Shown here: positions 35,384 to 45,600 of the stretch, one piece after another
Position numbering within the stretch: the first letter of the stretch is position 1
How the letters are laid out: each line of letters begins with the position of its first letter
Assembly (NCBI GenBank): GCA_045541535.1
Contig: JAZQJG010000095.1
Span: 6,701-70,700, forward strand
Direction of reading: 5' to 3'
Length of the DNA stretch: 64,000 nt
Origin: Eubacteriales bacterium
GTDB taxonomy: Bacteria > Bacillota > Clostridia > Oscillospirales > QAKW01
The notes under the pieces: generated by a model
Database searches by the model: none
What the model saw: the letters and a program-made list of their open reading frames with translations, nothing else
What the model was told of the DNA's origin: nothing
Position numbers and translations under genes: made by a program

Positions 35384-37462
35384 ATGAAACTTTGGAGAAG
35401 TTTATTAGCAACTGTACTGACAGTAATGCTGATTCTTTCCATGTCGGTTTCTGCATTTGCTTACACCGACGTACCGGAGAGTGACGGCTATTACGAGTTC
35501 ATACACGTTGTGGACAGTCTGGGACTGATCCCTGCCAACAACGTCGGGGATTTCAGCCCCAAGAACTACTACACTCGCGGTGACGCGTTGATCACGGCTT
35601 ACCGTATGATCAACGGCAGTGACGAGGGCTTGGAGGATTACGCCTCCGATATGGGCCTGTTCGAGGACGTGGATGAGAACCATCCTGTGCTTCCTTATCT
35701 GAACTGGGCGTATGACAACAGTCTGATCACCAACGAGCTGGAAGAAAGATTGTTCAAGCCTGCCGATCCCATCAGCGGCGCCGAATTCCTGACCCTGTTC
35801 GTCAAGGTCGGTAACATTGATCCCACTGCCGCTGCCGGCGGTGAGGGCGGTGAAGGTGGCGAAGGTATGGAAAGCACCGAGGCTACCGAAGGTACCGAAA
35901 GCACCGAGGGCGACGGATTTGAGTCCGAGGCCACCGAGGGCGAGGAAGGGACCGAGGCCGGCGGCGACGGTGAAGGCACCACCACCGGTGAGATCGTTTA
36001 TCCCGATTCCTATGTGGATGCCGCCTACGACTTTGCCGGCGACATTTACGGTGATGAGGAGACCATCACCCGTGATATGGCCGCTATGGCCATTGCCCAG
36101 CTGCTCTGGTATCAGGACAGCGACACCGCTATTGACCTGTCCACTCTGGAGGACGATCAGGGCAACCGTCTGGATTGCTTCGCCACCAACGTTTACGGTT
36201 TGAGCAAGGTTACCTTACATATCCGTGGCACCGCCAACCGTGATATGGGTTATGACTTTGACGGCGACGTGCTGCTCAGCAACGGTAACGTGATGGAAAC
36301 TGATGAGGATCTGTCCAAGTATATTGGCCATCCCGTTGTTGTCACCTATCGCGATATGGACCGCTCCGGCACCCTGACCGAGGATGAAGAGATCATCAGC
36401 TATACCCTTAACTCCATGATGATCCTCAATCCCACCCTGCCCGAGATCGCCCTGTCCGACTACACCAAGTTCGTTGTAAGCAACATTGGTCTTTCCTTTA
36501 ATATTACGAGTGCGACCCGCTTCTATTATAATGATCGCATCTGGGACGAGAATCCCCTTAACAACCTGATCACCATCGCCGGCGGTGTTGGCGCTTCTTC
36601 CATCATTTCCAACCGTCCCAACATGGTATTCACCGTCGTTCCCTCCGAAATTTTCGATGCAGACAGTGGTGAAAACTTGGTGCTGGAGGTCTTCGTTGAG
36701 GAGCACCATCCCGCCAAGATCGTTGATTCCTCTGACGGTACGCTGACGCTGTACGACTATTATGCCAGAGGCACCGACGCCGAATATGTACAATTTAATA
36801 TGAGCAACATTGAGTTTAAAACGGCCAGCAGTGCAGTGGGTGACTACGTTAACTTCTACACCGCCGGTGATACCTGCTACATTCTGGACGGCAGTGCTAT
36901 CAAGACTACCATTACCTCTGTTGGCGCAGGCAATACCCTGAATCTGGAGGACGGTACCGTTCTGACTCCCCATCAGCTCTACAAGCGTTCCAACACCATC
37001 CCGCAGGCCGGTGAAGAGATGATCATCATCACCGAGGACGTAGCCAAGACCCACTACCTGAGCTGGGAGTATCCCACCGCTCTGGAGAAGACCCCCGCTA
37101 TGATCATCAGCCTGACCGAGAATATGGACAGCGTTTCCTACGTGCTCTACGATTGTGCTTCTGCTTCTCAGATCACCATCGAGGTGCCCATGGATAACAT
37201 CTTCGCCACCTCCAGAATTGAGGCCGGTGAGTTCATCTACTACAGTATGGATGCCGCCGAGCAGTATTCCGTTGTTCGCGCCAATATCTCTGATAAGGTC
37301 AAACTGGGCGTTGAGACCGAGGATTACTTCGTTGAGTCCTCCACCGGTAAGATCTACAACAAGAGCAAATATTACTACGGCAACCTGTACACCGATACCT
37401 TCAAGGAAGATTACTACAAGATGATCCTGGATGTATCCGGTAACGTACTGGCACTGATGTAA
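35384..37462 (+). CDS. Acidic S-layer homology domain surface protein
   Basis: Signal peptide, SLH-like YTDV...TRGD, FEDV...F.P..PISGAE and ITRDMAA, and a Glu/Gly-rich insert. ATG after AGGAGG. Confidence 0.8.
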   Translation: MKLWRSLLATVLTVMLILSMSVSAFAYTDVPESDGYYEFIHVVDSLGLIPANNVGDFSPKNYYTRGDALITAYRMINGSDEGLEDYASDMGLFEDVDENHPVLPYLNWAYDNSLITNELEERLFKPADPISGAEFLTLFVKVGNIDPTAAAGGEGGEGGEGMESTEATEGTESTEGDGFESEATEGEEGTEAGGDGEGTTTGEIVYPDSYVDAAYDFAGDIYGDEETITRDMAAMAIAQLLWYQDSDTAIDLSTLEDDQGNRLDCFATNVYGLSKVTLHIRGTANRDMGYDFDGDVLLSNGNVMETDEDLSKYIGHPVVVTYRDMDRSGTLTEDEEIISYTLNSMMILNPTLPEIALSDYTKFVVSNIGLSFNITSATRFYYNDRIWDENPLNNLITIAGGVGASSIISNRPNMVFTVVPSEIFDADSGENLVLEVFVEEHHPAKIVDSSDGTLTLYDYYARGTDAEYVQFNMSNIEFKTASSAVGDYVNFYTAGDTCYILDGSAIKTTITSVGAGNTLNLEDGTVLTPHQLYKRSNTIPQAGEEMIIITEDVAKTHYLSWEYPTALEKTPAMIISLTENMDSVSYVLYDCASASQITIEVPMDNIFATSRIEAGEFIYYSMDAAEQYSVVRANISDKVKLGVETEDYFVESSTGKIYNKSKYYYGNLYTDTFKEDYYKMILDVSGNVLALM

Positions 37463-37494
37463 ACTTCTCCAACATCTGTACCTATTATAAATAT

Positions 37495-37532
37495 AACACC
37501 GCAAACAGCCATTCGCTGTTTGCGGTGTTTTT
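37495..37532 (+). terminator. Terminator
   Basis: AACACCGCAAACAGC-cattc-GCTGTTTGCGGTGTTTTTT. Confidence 0.9.
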
Positions 37533-37576
37533 TCATTCATAAGACGGTTGTGTTTATGAACTTTTTGACACGCTGG

Positions 37577-37808
37577 CAGACTGCCAAAAAGGGCGTTGCA
37601 TTTCGCTGATGCGATCTCGTCGGCGTACATGGGTACGGTAGAGAGCGTAGCGGCGGAAAACAGTGAATCCCTTGCAACGCAAGGGAAAGAAGGAATTGCT
37701 TTGATGACTTTCCATTATTAAAACGACTTGTGTTTATTATGACTCCACAAACCATTTTTTCTTTTGATTCTCTTTTTACTGTGATGAAACGACTTTTTTG
37801 ACAGTCTG
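37577..37808. mobile_element. MITE-like non-autonomous element
   Basis: Terminal inverted repeats CAGACTGCCAAAAAGG and CTTTTTTGACAGTCTG (14/16). No transposase. Sits between two terminators. Confidence 0.55.
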
Positions 37809-37841
37809 AAAAAAGCTGTGTAGAAATCTACACAGCTTTTT
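37809..37841 (-). terminator. clpB terminator
   Basis: AAAAAAGCTGTGTAG-aaat-CTACACAGCTTTTT. Confidence 0.85.
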
Positions 37842-40439
37842 CTATTTTACGATCAGACGGCCGTTTACGGCGTCCACTGTAAGAGTCGTGCCGGGTAACA
37901 GCTCCTCTGCCAGCATTTTGCGGGCCAGGGCGGTCTCTACGTTGGATTGCAAAAATCGCTTGAGGGGTCGGGCGCCGTACAGGGGATCATAACCGTTTTC
38001 GGTAATAAAATCCTTGGCGGCGGGGGTGAGCACGCAGTGCAGTTGCTTATCTGCCAGCCGCAGATTGATATCCTTTAACAGCAATTCCAGAATGGCGCCG
38101 ATGTTTTCTTTGGTCAGGGGCTTATAATACACGATCTCGTCCAATCGGTTTAAAAATTCGGGACGGAAGGATCGCTTGAGCAGGGCACTCACCTGTTCTT
38201 CGGCGGCAGGGGAGAGAACGCCGTTTTCGTCGGTGCCCTCCAGCAGAAATTCCGATCCCAGATTGGAGGTCATAATGAGTATGGTGTTTTTAAAGTCCAC
38301 GGTGCGGCCTTGGGAATCGGTGATCCGTCCGTCGTCCAGTACCTGCAGCAATACGTTGAATACGTCGGGATGGGCCTTTTCGATCTCGTCAAAGAGCACC
38401 ACCGAATAGGGGTGACGGCGCACCGCTTCGCTGAGCTGGCCGCCCTCTTCATAACCCACGTATCCGGGCGGAGCGCCGATGAGTCGGGAAACGGAAAACT
38501 TTTCCATATACTCGCTCATATCAATGCGCACCATATTGTGCTCGTCGTCAAAGAGCGCCTCTGCCAGTGCCTTGGCCAGCTCGGTTTTACCCACGCCCGT
38601 GGGACCGAGGAACAGAAAGGAGCCGATGGGACGGCGAGGGTCTGCAATGCCGGCTCTGGAGCGGAGAATGGCTTCACTGACACGGGTGACCGCCGTGTCC
38701 TGACCCACCACTCTCTTGTGTAAAATGTCCTCCAGATGCAACAGCTTTTCCCGTTCACCCTCCATCAATTTGGCCACGGGAATCCCCGTCCAGCGTTCAA
38801 TGATGCGGGCAATTTCTCCCTCGGTGATCTTGTCCCGCAACAGGGAATTTTCGGTTTTGGCCTCCTCCGCCTGCTTTTCCAGCGCCTCCAGTTCTTGCTT
38901 CAGTCCCGGAAGCTTGCCGTACTTCAGCTCAGCGGCGCGGTTGAGGTCGTAATTTTGCTCTGCCCGCTCAATTTCCAGCCCCACCTGCTCAATTTCCGCA
39001 CGCAGGCTCTGGATCTTTGTCAGGGCATTTTTTTCGTTTTCCCAGGTGGCCTTCTTGGCACTGAAATCCTCTCTCAGCTCGGCCAGTTCTTTTTGGATGC
39101 CCTGCAGGCGCTCCACGGTGATGGGATCTTTGTCCTTTTTCAGGGCCGCTTCCTCAATTTCCAGCTGAATGATCTTGCGTCGGATCACGTCCAGTTCGGT
39201 GGGCATGGAGTCCAGATCGGTACGGATCATAGCGCAGGCCTCGTCAATGAGGTCAATGGCCTTGTCGGGGAGAAAACGGTCAGTGATATAGCGATGGGAG
39301 AGGGTGGCGGCGGCAATGATGGCGCTGTCCTGAATCTTTACACCGTGATATACCTCATAACGTTCCTTGAGACCCCTGAGGATGGCCACGGTGTCCTCCA
39401 CCGTAGGCTCTTCTACCAGTACCGGTTGAAAACGGCGCTCCAGAGCCGCATCTTTTTCAATATATTGGCGGTATTCGTCCAAGGTGGTGGCGCCGATACA
39501 GTGGAGCTCCCCTCTGGCCAGCATAGGCTTGAGCAGATTGCCTGCATCCATTGCCCCGTCGGTCTTGCCCGCACCCACGATGGTGTGTAGCTCGTCAATA
39601 AACAGAATAATCTGTCCCTCGGATTTTTTTACCTCGTTGAGGACGGCCTTCAGCCGCTCCTCAAATTCACCCCGGTATTTTGCGCCGGCGATCAGGGAGC
39701 CCATATCCAGTGAGAACACCGTTTTTTCCTTCAGGGAGGCGGGTACGTCGCCACGGACGATGCGCTGAGCCAGTCCTTCTGCAATGGCGGTTTTGCCCAC
39801 GCCGGGCTCACCGATGAGCACGGGGTTGTTTTTGGTCTTGCGGGAGAGGATGCGGATCACGTTACGGATCTCGTTATCTCTGCCGATCACGGGGTCTACG
39901 GTCTTGCCCTTGGCCTTTTCCACCAGATCCACGCCGTATTTTTTCAAGGCGTCATAGGTGGCCTCGGGGTTGTCGCCCGTCACCCGCTGGGCGCCGCGTA
40001 CCTGACGGAGCGCCGTCAAAACCTTTTGGGTAGTGATTTGGAAGGTGGAGAAGAGCTGTTTGATATTTTTGTTGGCCTGTTCCAGCAGACATAAAAACAA
40101 ATGCTCCACCGAAACGTATTCGTCCTTCATATTTTCTGCCAGACGTTCGGCGGCGTTTAAGGTGCGGTCCACGTCGGCGGAAACGTACACCTGATCGGCG
40201 TTTCTGCTGTTGCCGCCCACCTTGGGAAGCTGTTCCATCAGTCGCTTGGCGCCGGTTGCAAATTGATCGGTCTGCTCGGTGAGCTTTTGCAAGAGCTGGG
40301 GGATCAGCCCGTTTTCCTGTTGGGTCAGGGCGTAGAGCAGATGCTCCTGCTCAATGGCAGGGGAGGCGTATTCCGTTGCCAGGGATTGGGCGGCGGTAAT
40401 GGCCTCAATGGATTTTTGAGTAAATTTCTGTGCATTCAT
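37842..40439 (-). CDS. clpB: ATP-dependent chaperone ClpB
   Basis: Two AAA+ modules ([16 protein letters not shown]), a long coiled-coil M domain, [11 protein letters not shown] and YGARPL. Start at MNAQKFT. Confidence 0.96.
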   Translation of the reverse strand: MNAQKFTQKSIEAITAAQSLATEYASPAIEQEHLLYALTQQENGLIPQLLQKLTEQTDQFATGAKRLMEQLPKVGGNSRNADQVYVSADVDRTLNAAERLAENMKDEYVSVEHLFLCLLEQANKNIKQLFSTFQITTQKVLTALRQVRGAQRVTGDNPEATYDALKKYGVDLVEKAKGKTVDPVIGRDNEIRNVIRILSRKTKNNPVLIGEPGVGKTAIAEGLAQRIVRGDVPASLKEKTVFSLDMGSLIAGAKYRGEFEERLKAVLNEVKKSEGQIILFIDELHTIVGAGKTDGAMDAGNLLKPMLARGELHCIGATTLDEYRQYIEKDAALERRFQPVLVEEPTVEDTVAILRGLKERYEVYHGVKIQDSAIIAAATLSHRYITDRFLPDKAIDLIDEACAMIRTDLDSMPTELDVIRRKIIQLEIEEAALKKDKDPITVERLQGIQKELAELREDFSAKKATWENEKNALTKIQSLRAEIEQVGLEIERAEQNYDLNRAAELKYGKLPGLKQELEALEKQAEEAKTENSLLRDKITEGEIARIIERWTGIPVAKLMEGEREKLLHLEDILHKRVVGQDTAVTRVSEAILRSRAGIADPRRPIGSFLFLGPTGVGKTELAKALAEALFDDEHNMVRIDMSEYMEKFSVSRLIGAPPGYVGYEEGGQLSEAVRRHPYSVVLFDEIEKAHPDVFNVLLQVLDDGRITDSQGRTVDFKNTILIMTSNLGSEFLLEGTDENGVLSPAAEEQVSALLKRSFRPEFLNRLDEIVYYKPLTKENIGAILELLLKDINLRLADKQLHCVLTPAAKDFITENGYDPLYGARPLKRFLQSNVETALARKMLAEELLPGTTLTVDAVNGRLIVK

Positions 40440-40539
40440 CTCTATCACTCCTTTTGAATGCGAATTGGGTCCTTCTGTCTGTATTCTACACGATGATCCT
40501 GCAAAAAGTGTGAACAAACTATGAACAAACTGTTAAATA

Positions 40540-40566
40540 TTAGCACTCTCGCACCTTGAGTGCTAA
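40540..40566. promoter_or_regulatory. CIRCE element (HrcA operator)
   Basis: Perfect TTAGCACTC-N9-GAGTGCTAA upstream of clpB. Confidence 0.95.
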
Positions 40567-40575
40567 ATTTTGGGC

Positions 40576-40630
40576 AAAAAAAGAGTTGTTACGCGTTGTG
40601 TCCTTACGGATACAACGCGTAACAGCTCTT
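40576..40630 (-). terminator. malQ terminator
   Basis: Long hairpin AAGAGTTGTTACGCGTTGT...ACAACGCGTAACAGCTCTT preceded by an A run. Confidence 0.75.
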
Positions 40631-40635
40631 CTGTT

Positions 40636-42138
40636 CTAAATTCGTTTGTACAGTTCGTTCAGCCGTCGCAGATAGGCCCGATCAATGGAGGCCATGGCCT
40701 GGGGGGTCATACGGAACAACCAGTTACCTTTGTTGGTGCCGGGACGGTTCATGGTGGTGTCCCCGCCAAAGCCGCACAGATCCTGAATGGGAGCGACTAC
40801 CAGCTTTGCGTGGGTCTGCCACAGGGTGGAGATCAAGGCGCGGATGGCAGGGTTGTGACTGCCGCCGCTCTTCCAGTCCTTGCCGATAAAGCCGCAGTAT
40901 TCCAGACAATAGTCCCGCTGGGGTGGGGTCAACTCCCACAGATAGGCAAGCAGCGGCTTGTTGTCGTGGGTGCCGGTATAGGCCACCATATTGTAGGGAT
41001 AATTGTGGGGCAGGTGCATATCGTCTTCTTCTCCCAAAAAGCCGAATTGCATCACCCGCATTCCGGGCAGACCGCTGTCCTTGAGTAGGGCGGTCAGTTG
41101 ATCGTCCTGCACGCCCAGATCTTCTGCAATAATGCATTCGGGATCCACGGTTTTATAGATTTCGTTTAAAAAGTTCATGCCCTCGCCGTCGATCCATTTG
41201 CCGCCCATGGCGTCCTCGTCCTCTGCGGGCACCGACCAATAGGCCGAAAAGGCGCGGAAGTGATCAATGCGCACCTTATCCACCAGTTGCAGGGTATGGT
41301 GCAGACGGTCCTTCCACCAGGCGTATTGATCCTTTCTCATTTGGGCCCAGTTGTACAGAGGGTTGCCCCATTTTTGCCCCGTGGGGCTGAAATAATCGGG
41401 GGGAACACCCGCTACGTTTTGGGGATATCCCTTTTCATCCAGATCAAACAGTTCCCGCTTGCTCCACACGTCACAGCTCTCAAAGCTGACGTAGATGGGC
41501 ATATCGCCGATGATATACACGCCGTTTTCGTTGGCATAGGCCTTTACCTTTTGCCACTGGGTCAAGAAAATATATTGGGCAAAATAGTAGTATTCCATTT
41601 CGCTTTTGTATTGTTCGGCCGCGGCGGCCACTGCTTCGGGCTGATGCTCCCGCAGGGCGGCATCCTCCCAGTCCATCCAATCCTTGCCGGTGGCTTCTTT
41701 CACGGCCATATACAGGGCGTATTCCCGCAACCATTCCTTGTCTGCGGCAAAGGCGCGGATCTTTTCCATCAGTCCCTCGTCACAACGGGCAAAGGCCGTT
41801 TGCAGTACCGTCTTGCGGCTCTCTTCCAAAAAGTCGTAGCTTACCGTCCAATCGGGCTTGCCCTTCTGGCCGTTCAATTCCTCTTTGGTCAACAGCCCCA
41901 TTTCGCGCAACCCCTCCAGATCAATAAAATAGAGATTGCCGGCAAAGGCTGAATCACTTTTATAGGGAGAATTACATTCATCGGTGCGGGTAAAGGGGAG
42001 CACCTGCCAATAGTGAAAGCCGCATTCCTTTAACAGATCGATAAAATCATAGGCCCCTTGACCGAAATCACCACAGCCGTAGGCACCGGGAAGGGAAAAG
42101 ATGGGCAACAGCACGCCACTGCTTCGTTTATTGTTCAT
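40636..42138 (-). CDS. malQ: 4-alpha-glucanotransferase (GH77)
   Basis: RSSGVLLPIFSLP, WQVLP, GVPPDYFS.TGQ.WGNP, RIDHFR, IAEDLG and YTGTHDN. Confidence 0.95.
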   Translation of the reverse strand: MNNKRSSGVLLPIFSLPGAYGCGDFGQGAYDFIDLLKECGFHYWQVLPFTRTDECNSPYKSDSAFAGNLYFIDLEGLREMGLLTKEELNGQKGKPDWTVSYDFLEESRKTVLQTAFARCDEGLMEKIRAFAADKEWLREYALYMAVKEATGKDWMDWEDAALREHQPEAVAAAAEQYKSEMEYYYFAQYIFLTQWQKVKAYANENGVYIIGDMPIYVSFESCDVWSKRELFDLDEKGYPQNVAGVPPDYFSPTGQKWGNPLYNWAQMRKDQYAWWKDRLHHTLQLVDKVRIDHFRAFSAYWSVPAEDEDAMGGKWIDGEGMNFLNEIYKTVDPECIIAEDLGVQDDQLTALLKDSGLPGMRVMQFGFLGEEDDMHLPHNYPYNMVAYTGTHDNKPLLAYLWELTPPQRDYCLEYCGFIGKDWKSGGSHNPAIRALISTLWQTHAKLVVAPIQDLCGFGGDTTMNRPGTNKGNWLFRMTPQAMASIDRAYLRRLNELYKRI

Positions 42139-42547
42139 TCTCGGATTCCTGCTTTCTCAAAAATTTGGGACGTTTTAAAACGTATACCAGTCCACCCAGT
42201 GCAATACAGCACAGTGGCGGCACCGGTGAGGGGGGATCGCCCGCATGGACCGAAAAGGGCGGCAGGGTGTAATAATATCCCGCCTCCTGTCCACCTACGC
42301 TGGGGGCCCAGCTCTTGGGATAGACCTCGGTGTATTGCCCTGATTTGGTTTCCTGCCCTCGGGGATAGGTAAACTCAATGGCAAAGGTGTCGGTGATCTC
42401 GTCCTCACTGACCGTGGTAAAGTCGCTGATGGTCAGTACGGTCTTTTGTACGAACAGGGTGGGCAACAACCACAAAATTCCAAGGGCGCACAGCACCAGC
42501 GCAACTATAGTTTTGATCTTTTTGTTGTTTTTAATCATTCCAATCAT
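42128..42547 (-). CDS. Hypothetical membrane protein
   Basis: Two hydrophobic segments. 3' end overlaps the malQ start. Confidence 0.55.
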   Translation of the reverse strand: MIGMIKNNKKIKTIVALVLCALGILWLLPTLFVQKTVLTISDFTTVSEDEITDTFAIEFTYPRGQETKSGQYTEVYPKSWAPSVGGQEAGYYYTLPPFSVHAGDPPSPVPPLCCIALGGLVYVLKRPKFLRKQESENEQ

Positions 42548-42676
42548 CCTTTATCATAAGAATAGGCGTTACTATTATACGATTTTCAGGCTCTTTCTGT
42601 CAAGGGCGACTCCTTTGTTGACAATATTCTGCAAATATTTTATAATTAAAATATTAATACGAAAGAGCGGGAAATC

Positions 42677-45600
42677 ATGGAATATATAAACGATTTTTTT
42701 ATTTCGCATAATAGTAAGGACAGCGCACCGGCCAAGGAACTGATGCAGCTTCTCGGCAGTATCAATCCCCAGTGGCGGATCTTTTTGGATTGCAGTGAGG
42801 AGCATCCTCTGGAAGCGCACGAGGAATGGCGCTCCCGTATGTTTAAGGAGGCGGAAAATTCCCGCTATTTAATTTTTATCGCCTCCTCACCCGAATATCT
42901 CAAAGAAGGAAACGGTTGGCTGTACGAGGAAGTTTCCCTCTTTAAAAGTCTCAAGAGCACCCGTTTTAACCGTAAGGTCACCGATAAAAATATCGCCTAT
43001 TTCGGCATTTTTCTCTGTGCTCCCGATTTTGAAAAGGATCTTTATAATGACCCCGTTCTCGGTAGCGATTACCGCAAGCTGTACGACCGTCCCGAGCATT
43101 TGGTGTTGGGGAGTGACGGCATTGCCCAGGCCGCCGAGCGGATCAAGGCAAAGGTGTTGCATCTGGGGGAGGCCGCTTCGGAGGAACTGTCGGCAGAACT
43201 ATTGGATAAAACCATTCGCTTTGCCCGGGAAAAAGCGGTCCACGATCCTATGTTTTGCAGAGATGCCATTATCCCGGAACTGATGCCGCTGTTGCGGGAT
43301 GAGAATAAAAACCGATATCATTTTGCATCGCTACAGGAACTGTTGGTTACCACCCATCTTGCCGTATTGGGCAGTGAGGGCGGCAGTGGTAAGACCACTC
43401 TTTTGACAGCGCTCTTCTTTCAGGCGCTGGATGCCGCCGCGGCGGCGCCGGCAGAGGCGATGATCCCTCTGTACGTAGACTGCAAGAGCCTGTCTGCCAA
43501 GGAGGATATGTTGCTGCGTTATCTGGCTCAGTATCTTTACGGGGAGCATACGGCGATGAGTGATGCGTCCACCGGCGCCACCGTGGGTAAGTTGAGCCGT
43601 GAATTTTCTCTCCAGCGCACCAAGCCCCGCTATTTGCTGTTGTTGGACGGCTATAACGAGCTGTCGGTGGAGGCTCGGGTGGCCTTTGACCGTCAACTGG
43701 AATATTTTTCTCCCGAAAGCCGTTATCCCAACGTGCGTGTGGTTTTGGCAGGACGTACGGTGGGGGAGGCATTGCAGGAGGAACTGTTTTTGCGCCTTCA
43801 GCTCTGCGATCTGAAGGGAAGCGTTATTGCAGATTACCTCAAGGAACGGGGGCTTCAGTCTCGTTTTACCCCCTCTTTTTTCAAAATTCTTTCTATTCCG
43901 ATGTATCTGCGTCTGTACGTGGATACGGCCACCGATCATCGCTTGCGCACCAAGGGTGAACTGTTGGCGGAATTCGTTAAATGGCAACAGCAAAAGGAGA
44001 CCGTTGCCACCCTGCAGGAGGAACAGCGCAGTCTGTACCGTTTGTTTTTTGATCACGTGTTGCCCTTGATCGCCCATCGGATGCTCAGCGGCGCCACCGC
44101 CTCCACCTTCTTTATTACGCCCTCCGAGCTGGAGGAACTGCTGGCTCAGATCCCCGCCCTGATGGGTGAGATCAATTATAAGCGCTTTTACGGCTCCGAA
44201 TACCGTGACCGTTTGCGCACCTCCAAGCTGTTGGAGTACGACGAGCTGGATCTCTACGATCTGGTTACCGAATATCTGGCTCATAGCTGTAAGCTGTTGC
44301 GTCAAAATGCCGAGGATGCCTACGAATTCGTGCATCAGATCTACCGTGATTTCTTCTGCGCCTTGTTTGTCAGTGACGGCATTCGCCGCACCCTTTCGGA
44401 GCGGGGCGGCCCCTGCGGAGATCTGTCCGGCGCTATGCTGGAGCCGGATACGGCGGAATTCGTGGTGGAGCGGTTGCAGGAGCAAAAGCCGGAATTTGAT
44501 TGGGAGGCTGAGCGCTGGAGCTACGCCTGTAACGAAAGCTCTTATCTGATCCGTATGCTGGATTCGGTGCGGGCCAACGGCCAGCAGGGGGATACCGTGC
44601 TGATTGCCAATCTGGTGGCGCTGTTGCGGCAGGCCCGTAAGGACGATTTGTCAGCCTGCGATTTTTCCGATCTTGATCTGCGGGAGAGCGCTCTGCAAAC
44701 CTGCGTTTTTTCCAGATACGATACCGCCGGCGTGTATGCCGCTTGCTTTAAGAACGCCACCATTGACCGTCGCAACCTCTATCCCGGCAATCATTTTGCC
44801 CCCATTTGCGCCGCTTGCACGGGCAAGGAAATTATGGCGGCGGTGGACGAGTCGGGCGTGATTATGCTCCGCCCCATTGCCAACGTCAACGCCTATCCCT
44901 TCAAGGTGATCACCGGCGCCGATCCCTCCATTAAGGTACTGATCTTTGCGCCGGATGAGGGCAGTTTGTATGCTATGACCGCTCACCGTATTTTGCAGAT
45001 TCCCATTCCCGACGAGGCTTTCAGCACGGCTAGGATACGGGTGCTGTATGAAACCCGTGAGCAACTGCAGGACATCCGTATGGACGAGCAGGGGGAGATC
45101 TATTGCCAGACCGCCTTCAATTCCTTCAATCCCAAGCCGTTGTCTGATCCGGAGCAGGCCGACACCGTTGATTTCGCCGGCCTGAATACTGCGGCCGCCG
45201 TCCATCCCGACGGTAAACAATTGGCTTTCGGTAACGTGGCGGGCTATTACGGTCTCAAGCTCTACAATCTGGACGAGACCACGGGGGAGTGGCTGGAACA
45301 GTCCATTGGGTATTCCCGTTTGCTTGCCGAATACATTGCGGCGCTGGAGGCGGAACTGCGTTTCTTCCGTTTGTATTATATCTTCCCCGACGACGATCCC
45401 TCTCCCGTAAAGGCGGAGGATCACCGCCGTAGCTTTTTTGCCCATCTGCAGATGCAGTTTGAGGATCGGGAGCACGATTACGAGCAGATGCCGGATCTGG
45501 TCATCAAGCGTATTTTGCGGGAATTGCGCCGCAACGATATCACTCTGTTTAAAAATCAATTGATGCGGCTGTACGGTATCGTAAATACGTATCGGGACAA

